The notes beneath the pieces were generated by a model. The model did not search any database. It was not told the origin of the DNA and saw only the letters and a list, made by a program, of their open reading frames with translations. Positions 38,100 through 45,741 of a stretch of DNA of 64,000 nt are shown here, piece after piece (within the stretch, counting starts at the first letter, position 1; every line of letters starts with the position of its first letter). A program made the translations under genes and the position numbers. This DNA comes from a virus. Taxonomy: Duplodnaviria > Caudoviricetes. The stretch lies in the IMG/VR virus record IMGVR_UViG_2595698524_000001, positions 64,001 through 128,000 of that record; one strand, 5' to 3'.

Positions 38100-38336
38100 A
38101 TGAAAGAACGTAACGGTGTTGTAGATAACTCGCACATCTCCCTCGGTCGCGCTACCTCTTTAACAGGTGACCCGGTCGATGTCGCTCGCGGTCAGACCAC
38201 ACAGTTCCAGCATGCGGATGACTCGGCCTTCGATTTGGACGCTATCCCCGGCCTGGACCCTGAGGCAGGCGTCGAGGGCGGTGTCGACCCGTCCAAGGAA
38301 GACGATAACTGTACGGGAGGCGCATGCAAGATTTAA
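38100..38336 (+). CDS. small acidic protein ending in an NrdA-like redox tail (EDDNCTGGACKI)
   Basis: 78 aa; fills the gap in the operon; C-terminal CxxxxCKI. Confidence 0.75.
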   Translation: MKERNGVVDNSHISLGRATSLTGDPVDVARGQTTQFQHADDSAFDLDAIPGLDPEAGVEGGVDPSKEDDNCTGGACKI

Positions 38337-38809
38337 AGCCCGACAACACGGTCGCGCAACAAACCGCCGAGTTAATGGAAGAACACGCCCGAATTAACGA
38401 ACGTTACTCTCCTGACGACGGGGTGAGTTGGTTCGGAACACGTCGCCAGTTGGTAACCAAATACTACGCGGAATCGTTGCCATCGATTTGCTGGCAAGAA
38501 GTCAGTGAAAAGATTCGTACCCAGCGCGTGATTGTTTGCGCTGCGCTCCGTTACCCGGATTTGGATTTGGTGATTCCGGGTGCCCGTCACTATAGCCCAG
38601 ACATTGGTCGTTTACTCGACCGTCTGGAGAAGTTCGGTGTAATGCCCAAAAAGAAACAGCAAGTCGTTGGCGACAACCAAGGCTTCATTGACAACTTCGG
38701 TAATTACTGGACGCGTGAAGAAGCCCTGATAATTGCTAAAGCCGCCAGTCAGGTTAACCCTGATAAGTGCGGGCGTGAAAACGAGCTGTATTCTGAAGAC
38801 CTGTATTAA
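38324..38809 (+). CDS. conserved phage protein of unknown function
   Basis: IVCAA..GARH..QGFID..G...TREEA..LYSEDLY pattern; GGAGG SD. Confidence 0.8.
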   Translation: MQDLKPDNTVAQQTAELMEEHARINERYSPDDGVSWFGTRRQLVTKYYAESLPSICWQEVSEKIRTQRVIVCAALRYPDLDLVIPGARHYSPDIGRLLDRLEKFGVMPKKKQQVVGDNQGFIDNFGNYWTREEALIIAKAASQVNPDKCGRENELYSEDLY

Positions 38810-38858
38810 TCCCCGAGCCCTAGCATCTCGTTAGGGCTACTCAAAAGAGAAAACTAAT

Positions 38859-39314
38859 ATGTCTACGACTCCAGATTTTGATTTGGTAGTGCAAGAGCTT
38901 AGTAAGAACATGTATCCCCTTGACGGTGTCGTTGCTAAAGCAACGCCGTTTCCGCGCGATTATCTACTCTCGGAGTTTAGAACCATTAAACTAGGGGCGG
39001 GGCGTGAGCAGGGTATTGGGGCATGGGCGGTTAAGAAGTTTATTGACCATCCGGGTAAAACTTTAATGTTGTGCGCTAATCAGGGTGTTTCTACCGACTT
39101 CATCGAAGAAATAAAATTCGCTGATGGCGAAGACGCCCTTAAACGTGGGATGGTATTACACAACGATTACCCCGACCATGTGCGATTCCACAAATTCGAT
39201 CAAGTTATCATTATCTCTGCCGGTTATTATTTTAATCGCTATAAGCACAGCAAAATCTATAAACTTCTTGCTGAATGCGTAACCGATGATGTAATTATTT
39301 ACCACCTTAATTAA
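38859..39314 (+). CDS. hypothetical protein, possibly a degenerate P-loop fold
   Basis: GAGREQG, TLMLCAN and FDQVIII. Confidence 0.65.
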   Translation: MSTTPDFDLVVQELSKNMYPLDGVVAKATPFPRDYLLSEFRTIKLGAGREQGIGAWAVKKFIDHPGKTLMLCANQGVSTDFIEEIKFADGEDALKRGMVLHNDYPDHVRFHKFDQVIIISAGYYFNRYKHSKIYKLLAECVTDDVIIYHLN

Positions 39315-39327
39315 TGGAAATAACGAA

Positions 39328-40209
39328 ATGACCCGTCAAACTTTTCAAGTACCTGTAGCGTATACCATCATCAAACCGACTGATGGTGTGTTGGGTGACC
39401 TTATCCCCTCCATCAACAAATGGTCTGCGCAACAGGCTGCGCATCTTTCCGGCCCGGGCGTTAAGCTGGAAGCCCTGAAAGAGATCGCCATCAACAACGA
39501 AACCAAGCAGTGGCGTATCTCCGGCCGCGAAGCCATTAATGGCGACGTGTGGTTCTGGATGACTCCAACTGCACTGGTGTTTGAACATGAAGTGGTCGGT
39601 AAGACTACTTACCCGCGCGATGTTCCGCTGTTCAGCGTCGCTGAGTGTGTGGAAAATGTTGTAGGTTGGTCTACCGCTCGCGGTATTCTGGAAAACGGTC
39701 GTTGGGCTACGCAGGTCACTAAGTTCTACGAAGAAGACGGCGAAGCGGCAACGGGTATCAGCAAAACCCAACGTCAGGCTATCATGGACGGTTTAGGCGA
39801 TGCGCTGGTTGTACTGGTTAACATTACAGCGCTCATTGACTGGACGCCGAAGGTTATCGCAGTTATGCTGGATCGTGCCCGCGACCGTATTGAAAACAAT
39901 GTGCCTTTCGGTGACTCTCACCGCCTGTTCCACAAAATGCGTTTGAACTTCACGTTGATGAATGACGTTATCTATAACGCGTGCGATATGTATCCACTGA
40001 AAGATAACGGCAGACCTTTACTCGGTAACGATGAAGGTATCGAATTCGAAGAACTGATGTTGAAATCTCTCTGGTACATGGAAGCATTGGCCCGTGCGTA
40101 TGAAGTGACGCTGGAACAATGTTTCTCGCTGGCGTGGGACGAAATCAAAGACCGTAAAGGTTATTTGAACGCAGACGGTATCTTCATCAAAGAAGCTGAC
40201 GCGAAATAA
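39328..40209 (+). CDS. MazG-like nucleotide pyrophosphohydrolase with N-terminal extension
   Basis: W...RGI, KFYEEDGEA, DGLGDALVVL and AWDEIKDRKG..GIFIKE. Confidence 0.8.
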   Translation: MTRQTFQVPVAYTIIKPTDGVLGDLIPSINKWSAQQAAHLSGPGVKLEALKEIAINNETKQWRISGREAINGDVWFWMTPTALVFEHEVVGKTTYPRDVPLFSVAECVENVVGWSTARGILENGRWATQVTKFYEEDGEAATGISKTQRQAIMDGLGDALVVLVNITALIDWTPKVIAVMLDRARDRIENNVPFGDSHRLFHKMRLNFTLMNDVIYNACDMYPLKDNGRPLLGNDEGIEFEELMLKSLWYMEALARAYEVTLEQCFSLAWDEIKDRKGYLNADGIFIKEADAK

Positions 40210-40268
40210 CAAAAACAACTGGGTGATGCTTTATGCGTCACCCCTTTTATTTTTTTGAGGATTCAACG

Positions 40269-41714
40269 ATGAATATCATCATGGAGTGGTATAACCTCCT
40301 GACCGATTCTCTGAAAGCTTACCCTTCCCTACAGGCAGCGTTCTTAACAGTCATGTCAGGCGGCGTAATGGCTGCAGTAGGTTTCGCTTTAGTGCGATTA
40401 CCTCGCAGTGTCGCCACGTTCTTTCGCAATCAGTGCCTCACATCTCTCGTTTTCAATACAGCATCGTCCGGCTGGTCTGAATACAACCAGATGCAGTACG
40501 TCGCTTTTATTAAGTGGTTCTCAAAGAATCGCTGGTTCGGTTGGTCGCGCACTATCACTTTCGACTCAGACGGGCGAAAGGATGGTGACGGCGTAGGCCC
40601 CGGCTTAGGTCGCCATTTCTTTTTTCATAACTGGCGATTGTTTATCTTCTCCATCAGTGAGATGGACTCGCAAGGCACCAGCAGCCAAAAATATAAAGTC
40701 AGCCTGTCTTGTGTAGGTCGTTCAAAGAAACCGATTTATGCGGTGATGGAAGAGTTCATGGTTAAGCCTGACCGTGAGAATCGCATCGGGGTTTATCGTA
40801 ACGGCACCGACGGTTGGAACTGGGTCACCTATGCGAACAAACGCTCTTTACGTTCGGTGATTATGTCGCCCGAGCTCGAAGAAGAACTGGTAGGCTCAAT
40901 GACAAACTTCGTGAATAACGAAGCGTGGTATCGTGAGCGGGGTCTGAACTATAAGCTGACCTACCTACTCTACGGACCTCCGGGTACGGGTAAGAGCTCG
41001 CTGGGGCGTGCGTTAGCATCACACTTTAACCGTGACCTTTATATCCTGAGTCTGTCGGAGTCTTCAGACCTACTGACCCTATTGCAAAACGCAAAAGGCG
41101 GCATGGTTCTCATTGAAGATATCGACGGGTTCAGCGCAGCACGCAAACGTACCGGTAAGAAGAACCAAATCGAATCGCCGAAGTCGGGTAAGAAAACCGT
41201 TGAACAGATTCACTTCGACGGTAATGGCGAACAGATTGCGCCGGCTAACCCGAGCAAGAACCTCGAAGACATTATGGCAGAATGGGGCGGGATGAATACC
41301 TCAGCACTGCTCAATGCTTTAGATGGGGTTGTTGGGCTGGACGATGTCATTATTCTGCTGTCCACGAACCATCCGGAGAAACTCGACCCGGCGCTGATTC
41401 GTGATGGGCGTGTGGATATCCGTGTAGAGGTCGGTCTGCTGCGTTCTGCCGAAATCCACCGCTACATTAATCTGTTCTTCCCGGACTTTGTTGTGCCGGA
41501 AGAGATGGTGTTCGCAGACATGCCGGGTTGTACCGTGCAGCGTCACTTCATGGAAAACAAAAACAACCCTGAAGGGTTTGTGCAGGCGTTATTGGATGCC
41601 TCAGACGGCGGTAACTTTACCACCAGTCCGATTCGTCCAGAGCTTGCTTTCAGTGAAGCGAACAACCGTTATTTGGTTGACCCGGATGCGCCTAAGGAGG
41701 TTGTCAATGCTTAA
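40269..41714 (+). CDS. Bcs1-like membrane-anchored AAA+ ATPase
   Basis: N-terminal TM; WYRERG..Y...YLLYGPPGTGKSS; IEDID; LLNALDG; TNHPEKLDPALIR.GRVD. Confidence 0.85.
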   Translation: MNIIMEWYNLLTDSLKAYPSLQAAFLTVMSGGVMAAVGFALVRLPRSVATFFRNQCLTSLVFNTASSGWSEYNQMQYVAFIKWFSKNRWFGWSRTITFDSDGRKDGDGVGPGLGRHFFFHNWRLFIFSISEMDSQGTSSQKYKVSLSCVGRSKKPIYAVMEEFMVKPDRENRIGVYRNGTDGWNWVTYANKRSLRSVIMSPELEEELVGSMTNFVNNEAWYRERGLNYKLTYLLYGPPGTGKSSLGRALASHFNRDLYILSLSESSDLLTLLQNAKGGMVLIEDIDGFSAARKRTGKKNQIESPKSGKKTVEQIHFDGNGEQIAPANPSKNLEDIMAEWGGMNTSALLNALDGVVGLDDVIILLSTNHPEKLDPALIRDGRVDIRVEVGLLRSAEIHRYINLFFPDFVVPEEMVFADMPGCTVQRHFMENKNNPEGFVQALLDASDGGNFTTSPIRPELAFSEANNRYLVDPDAPKEVVNA

Positions 41715-41931
41715 GTATTTAAGCTGGGCGCTGGTTGAACTGGCGATGTTTATTCTGGTGGGGTTGGGTATGGTGTTGTCTATCCTCCCCGCCCTGTGTT
41801 TCATGATAGGCTTTGCCGGTCAAGAACGTGCCGAGTTCGAACGTGTCAAGTTGCGCTCTGAACTGGGCATCCGTTGGCGTGAACGTAACCGTGCTGCAAA
41901 CCAAAGGGCGTGTGGAAAACGCCCTAATTAA
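41707..41931 (+). CDS. small membrane protein with basic tail
   Basis: AAGGAGG SD; start overlaps the AAA stop; long hydrophobic N-terminus. Confidence 0.7.
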   Translation: MLKYLSWALVELAMFILVGLGMVLSILPALCFMIGFAGQERAEFERVKLRSELGIRWRERNRAANQRACGKRPN

Positions 41932-41979
41932 GCACTCTTTATGAGACCACACCCGTGGTGCCACTTAGAGGAAACTCCC

Positions 41980-42468
41980 ATGGAGAATATCGACTTGACT
42001 CAACTCGAGTCACATGACTACGACCTTGCGGTTCGAGATGAGGCTGGTGCTGATGCGAACACGCTGCTGTCTCGCTACCATGAGTTGTTCACTGGTGAGA
42101 AGGTCGACGACGAACTGTTGTCTAAATTCGAGAAGCTGCTCGTTGCGCTGCTGCGTAGCGACACTGAAAACTCGGCTATGCTCACCGAATTAGGCTTTGG
42201 CGGTATTTATGCCTCTGACCTTCAGGCTATCCTGCAACAGGCCATCGTCCCGCCCGACGACATTCAGGATGAAGCCATGGTTCTGCGTGGTAAGTTCGAA
42301 GAGCTTGCTGAGCGTTACGCTGAACATTTATCAGGGCTGGAAACGCATGGGCCTATCGGTGAACCGCTGCCGAGCCCGGAAGAAACTAACAAATACAAAA
42401 TGCGTCTCGCGGTGTTTGTTGTTGCTTCGTTGCTGACCGCCATCCCTGAAGACCCGGACGATGCGTAA
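41980..42468 (+). CDS. acidic hypothetical protein
   Basis: GAGGA SD before ATG 41980. Confidence 0.75.
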   Translation: MENIDLTQLESHDYDLAVRDEAGADANTLLSRYHELFTGEKVDDELLSKFEKLLVALLRSDTENSAMLTELGFGGIYASDLQAILQQAIVPPDDIQDEAMVLRGKFEELAERYAEHLSGLETHGPIGEPLPSPEETNKYKMRLAVFVVASLLTAIPEDPDDA

Positions 42469-42474
42469 AGTTTT

Positions 42475-42498
42475 TACAGATAGATATTATCTGTATGC
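42475..42498 (+). promoter_or_regulatory. putative early promoter overlapping an 8-bp inverted repeat
   Basis: CAGATAGATATTATCTGTATGC resembles the 22-bp motif; TACAGATA-N5-TATCTGTA palindrome. Confidence 0.5.
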
Positions 42499-42535
42499 AC
42501 TAAGCACATTAACCTTTTAAATGGAGTCGTTGAAA

Positions 42536-42871
42536 ATGCAAGAACTGATTAAGATTGTTGGCCTGCTCCCGTTCGTCAATGGTAAATCTGAACTGCGTGT
42601 TCTGGATGTCAAAGGTAAAGATTTCACCATCATGGCCGATGTAACTGCCGAAGGTAACCCGATGGGCATTCGTGAATTCACTATCGAATCCCCGACGCTC
42701 AAAGAGCTGCGTATCGGCAAAGGCGAAACCGCCTATCTGGTTAAGACCGATTCGAGCGAAGAAGGTGTTGGCCCGTACGCAGTTGAGTACACTGCGCCGG
42801 CTAAAAAGGTTGCATCTGAATCTGTTGGTACCGGTCGCGGCGCGACGCCGAACTTCAGCATTCAGCGTTAA
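42536..42871 (+). CDS. hypothetical protein
   Basis: GGAG SD; strong codon bias; UUCG hairpin at 42880-42903 downstream. Confidence 0.75.
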   Translation: MQELIKIVGLLPFVNGKSELRVLDVKGKDFTIMADVTAEGNPMGIREFTIESPTLKELRIGKGETAYLVKTDSSEEGVGPYAVEYTAPAKKVASESVGTGRGATPNFSIQR

Positions 42872-42934
42872 GCAGTAAATAGGTAGTCCTTCGGGACTAC
42901 CTAGCACCTATTATTTTTTCGTGGAGTATTCAGA

Positions 42935-43438
42935 ATGACAACTGTTTTCGTTTGCAGTGACTTTATTGTCGCAGACCGTGTATTGACGCGAGGCGACGAA
43001 ACGATACACGCTGATTTTAAGAAGCTACATCTCAATCGTGAGAAAACGATTGCTATCGCGGCAGTGGGTAACGTGAACTTTCGTAATCACCACAAAACTG
43101 TGGTTGACCATTTCTTCAAGGTGGTGGAGCAACGCTACACGGGGATTCCATCGCCCATGTTGTCTAAGAACGATGTGGCGGTGTTGGGCGACCTCCAGTT
43201 ATACGTTCTCACTGCACTGGATGTGTTTGTGATTACCCGTGACCAGAACGTCCAATGGGTTGGGGACGGCATGGTGGAAGGAGCAGGTACTGGATACCCG
43301 CTGGCTTGTGCAGCGTACTCACTCGGTGCTAAACCTGAGCATATCGTGCCACTGACTGCGAAGATTGACCCAATGTCGTCCAGTAAGTTCAACATCATCT
43401 ATCGCCGCGAACTCAAACGCATTACCCCGAGGAAATAA
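42935..43438 (+). CDS. hslV: HslV/proteasome-beta-like Ntn protease
   Basis: M-T-T start (Thr1 nucleophile), ADR, KK, GAGTG (equivalent to AIGSG) and A.ID..S. Confidence 0.7.
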   Translation: MTTVFVCSDFIVADRVLTRGDETIHADFKKLHLNREKTIAIAAVGNVNFRNHHKTVVDHFFKVVEQRYTGIPSPMLSKNDVAVLGDLQLYVLTALDVFVITRDQNVQWVGDGMVEGAGTGYPLACAAYSLGAKPEHIVPLTAKIDPMSSSKFNIIYRRELKRITPRK

Positions 43439-43440
43439 CC

Positions 43441-43989
43441 ATGGATATTGCAGCCATTGTCACGAAGAAAGAACTCTTTATCCGCAGTGTCCATTGGGCC
43501 GCAGGTTTACCACAGCCGTTAAACATGGATGTCTGCTATACGCCATTCGGCTTTATTTTCCCCAGCAATAATTTCCAACCTGTTATCGATGCATTAAATA
43601 CAAAACAGGTTGATGCTATGGCGTCCGGTTTGTTACGTTGGGCTATCTTAACCCATGACAATGAACTCCGTTTCGGACGGATTAATTCGGAGTTCTGGAC
43701 ACTTAATACTGTATCCAAAGACCAGCGGTTTTATTGTTTTGCAGATGAGGCAGAATCGCATTATTTGGCGGTAATGATTCACCTGATGTCCAGTAACGTT
43801 ATCGAAGAAGAGATGCAGTTGAAAGACACTGCCCCTCAGCTGTTACGTCGACTGCGTAAACACTGGCCGTTAGTTGGCGACTATCTGAAGTTCAACCGTA
43901 ACGAAATCGTAGCAGAGTTAAACAAACGCTATCCTCATCCTGAAGAGATTCTTTTCCATTCTAAATTCACACGAGTAATCAAAGACTAA
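43441..43989 (+). CDS. hypothetical protein, possibly an inactive Ntn-fold partner
   Basis: Size similar to the HslV-like gene; weak pattern similarity only. Confidence 0.7.
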   Translation: MDIAAIVTKKELFIRSVHWAAGLPQPLNMDVCYTPFGFIFPSNNFQPVIDALNTKQVDAMASGLLRWAILTHDNELRFGRINSEFWTLNTVSKDQRFYCFADEAESHYLAVMIHLMSSNVIEEEMQLKDTAPQLLRRLRKHWPLVGDYLKFNRNEIVAELNKRYPHPEEILFHSKFTRVIKD

Positions 43990-43990
43990 T

Positions 43991-44737
43991 ATGGCTAAAT
44001 CTAAATCCCCACGTAAAAAGAAACCCGCTAACTCCAAACACGCTGCGCGTCACATCGTGCTGGCTATCAAAGCGGCGTATAACAAGCTGTTCTTCATGGG
44101 TTCATCTAACTGCCCTATTCAGGCGTTCAAGACCAATACCCTGCGCATGCACCTGAAACCGAACGACGTGCGTTTGGCTATCCCAACGCTGTTGGATGAG
44201 CTACGCTTCTTCCCACGTGACTGGCATCTGTGGGTCGGGGTGTTCTGCGAGAAAGACGGCGAGCAGTGGGTTGAAACCTCCGTTTGTAAAATGCCACAGT
44301 TCGTTATCAAAGACTTCTCTGACAACGCTGAACATATCGTTCGCGGGGTAATGGCAGAAGAGGCGGTAGAACACATGGTCGGTTATGCGTATTTGGTCGC
44401 GCCTAACGATTACTACAACCTTGAAGTCATGTCCGATGCGTTGTGTGATGAATGGGTTGAAGCGAAAATCTTCGACAAGTCAACACACCTGGACAAAGAC
44501 CTGCTCAAAATGAACGAGCACGATATCGCCGCCGCCTTCATGGGCTTACCGAACTTTGTCATGAAATCCCGTGACAAAATCGTGCAGAAAACTATCGAGC
44601 GTCTGGAGGCGAAAGGGGTGAAGGTGACTGAAGAGTTTGTCCAATCTCACTTCGACCAGGAAGAGATAGTCACCGCGTTAGTACCCGGAACCACGCAACG
44701 TAACCCGTTCAGTCTGGACAAAGGAAATCCGCTATGA
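43991..44737 (+). CDS. hypothetical protein with basic N-terminus
   Basis: MAKSKSPRKKK; 248 aa. Confidence 0.8.
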   Translation: MAKSKSPRKKKPANSKHAARHIVLAIKAAYNKLFFMGSSNCPIQAFKTNTLRMHLKPNDVRLAIPTLLDELRFFPRDWHLWVGVFCEKDGEQWVETSVCKMPQFVIKDFSDNAEHIVRGVMAEEAVEHMVGYAYLVAPNDYYNLEVMSDALCDEWVEAKIFDKSTHLDKDLLKMNEHDIAAAFMGLPNFVMKSRDKIVQKTIERLEAKGVKVTEEFVQSHFDQEEIVTALVPGTTQRNPFSLDKGNPL

Positions 44738-44967
44738 TTGGTGCGCAATATAATGACCCTTCTCATCCTGATTATGTCCCCGCGCTACAACGGGTGATGT
44801 CTTTGGCGAAAGAGAAAAAACATGATGTGACTATTGTCTACTCAGGTTCGCAAGATGCATGGAGCGTTGATATCGGTAACGACTATTATAGTCGAGTTTT
44901 GCCTACTGCAAACAACACGCTCTCTGAAGTGATGGCTACCACGATTAACCATCTCGAAAAGCTTTAA
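44734..44967 (+). CDS. hypothetical protein
   Basis: ATGA-coupled; AAGGA SD. Confidence 0.65.
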   Translation: MIGAQYNDPSHPDYVPALQRVMSLAKEKKHDVTIVYSGSQDAWSVDIGNDYYSRVLPTANNTLSEVMATTINHLEKL

Positions 44968-45032
44968 AAAATACATTTATACCCCTTACTTTGTGTAAGG
45001 GGATATAGTTATTTTCTTCGTGGAGAAGTCAA

Positions 45033-45353
45033 ATGAAAAAGAAACTGTTGCTACTTTTGCCGCTCATCGCGCTGGCAGGGTGCGATACAGCTCCAACCAA
45101 CGCTTATCAAGACCAGGCGTTACGGCGTCAGATTTTCAAAGAGTGTCTGGAGTCAATTCCGAAAGGTCCGGAAAAGATTGATAACTCTAACGACTGGCAG
45201 GAAGTAGTGGAAGAGTGCGGTGACCAAGCCGACAAAATGTCTTCTTTCAATGTTGAGATTCCGGGCAACACTGGCGGCCAGACGTACTACTTTAACGACA
45301 ACATTAAGAGTGGCGAAGAAAAGCCACGTGAAAGCTGGAAACCGCAACTATGA
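45033..45353 (+). CDS. lipoprotein
   Basis: MKKK, hydrophobic stretch, lipobox LAGC. Confidence 0.85.
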   Translation: MKKKLLLLLPLIALAGCDTAPTNAYQDQALRRQIFKECLESIPKGPEKIDNSNDWQEVVEECGDQADKMSSFNVEIPGNTGGQTYYFNDNIKSGEEKPRESWKPQL

Positions 45354-45607
45354 AAACAACCTTACTCGCAATTACAGTCGCAGTATTGTCACTGACCGCT
45401 TGTGACCAGAATAAAAAGCAAGCAGTGTACCAGACAGATGAGGTCAAGGAAGAACGTTTGTATCTGGCGTGTCTGGACGCAGTAAAGGTGAAAGTAAAAG
45501 CTGGTGAAGACAATCTTGAAGATGGTATCACTGCATGCCGTACTAACGCTAACGCACTTTCCTCCAAACTGGTTTATGTTCATGCTGATGGTAAAAATGC
45601 TCGTTAA
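45350..45607 (+). CDS. lipoprotein
   Basis: MKTT, hydrophobic stretch, lipobox LTAC; ATGA-coupled. Confidence 0.85.
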   Translation: MKTTLLAITVAVLSLTACDQNKKQAVYQTDEVKEERLYLACLDAVKVKVKAGEDNLEDGITACRTNANALSSKLVYVHADGKNAR

Positions 45608-45695
45608 GACTGGCGCGTACGCTGTCGGTACTGTCGGAGTTGTCGTGGGGTCTGCGTTCTGCGTATACCTGCTTTCTTATTACGTTATTGTGTAA
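45597..45695 (+). CDS. small single-TM peptide
   Basis: 32-aa hydrophobic ORF overlapping the lipoprotein end. Confidence 0.4.
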   Translation: MLVKTGAYAVGTVGVVVGSAFCVYLLSYYVIV

Positions 45696-45741
45696 ACTGT
45701 CACCTGCCTACTATGTGTGGGCGGGTACTAGAGGATAAAAA

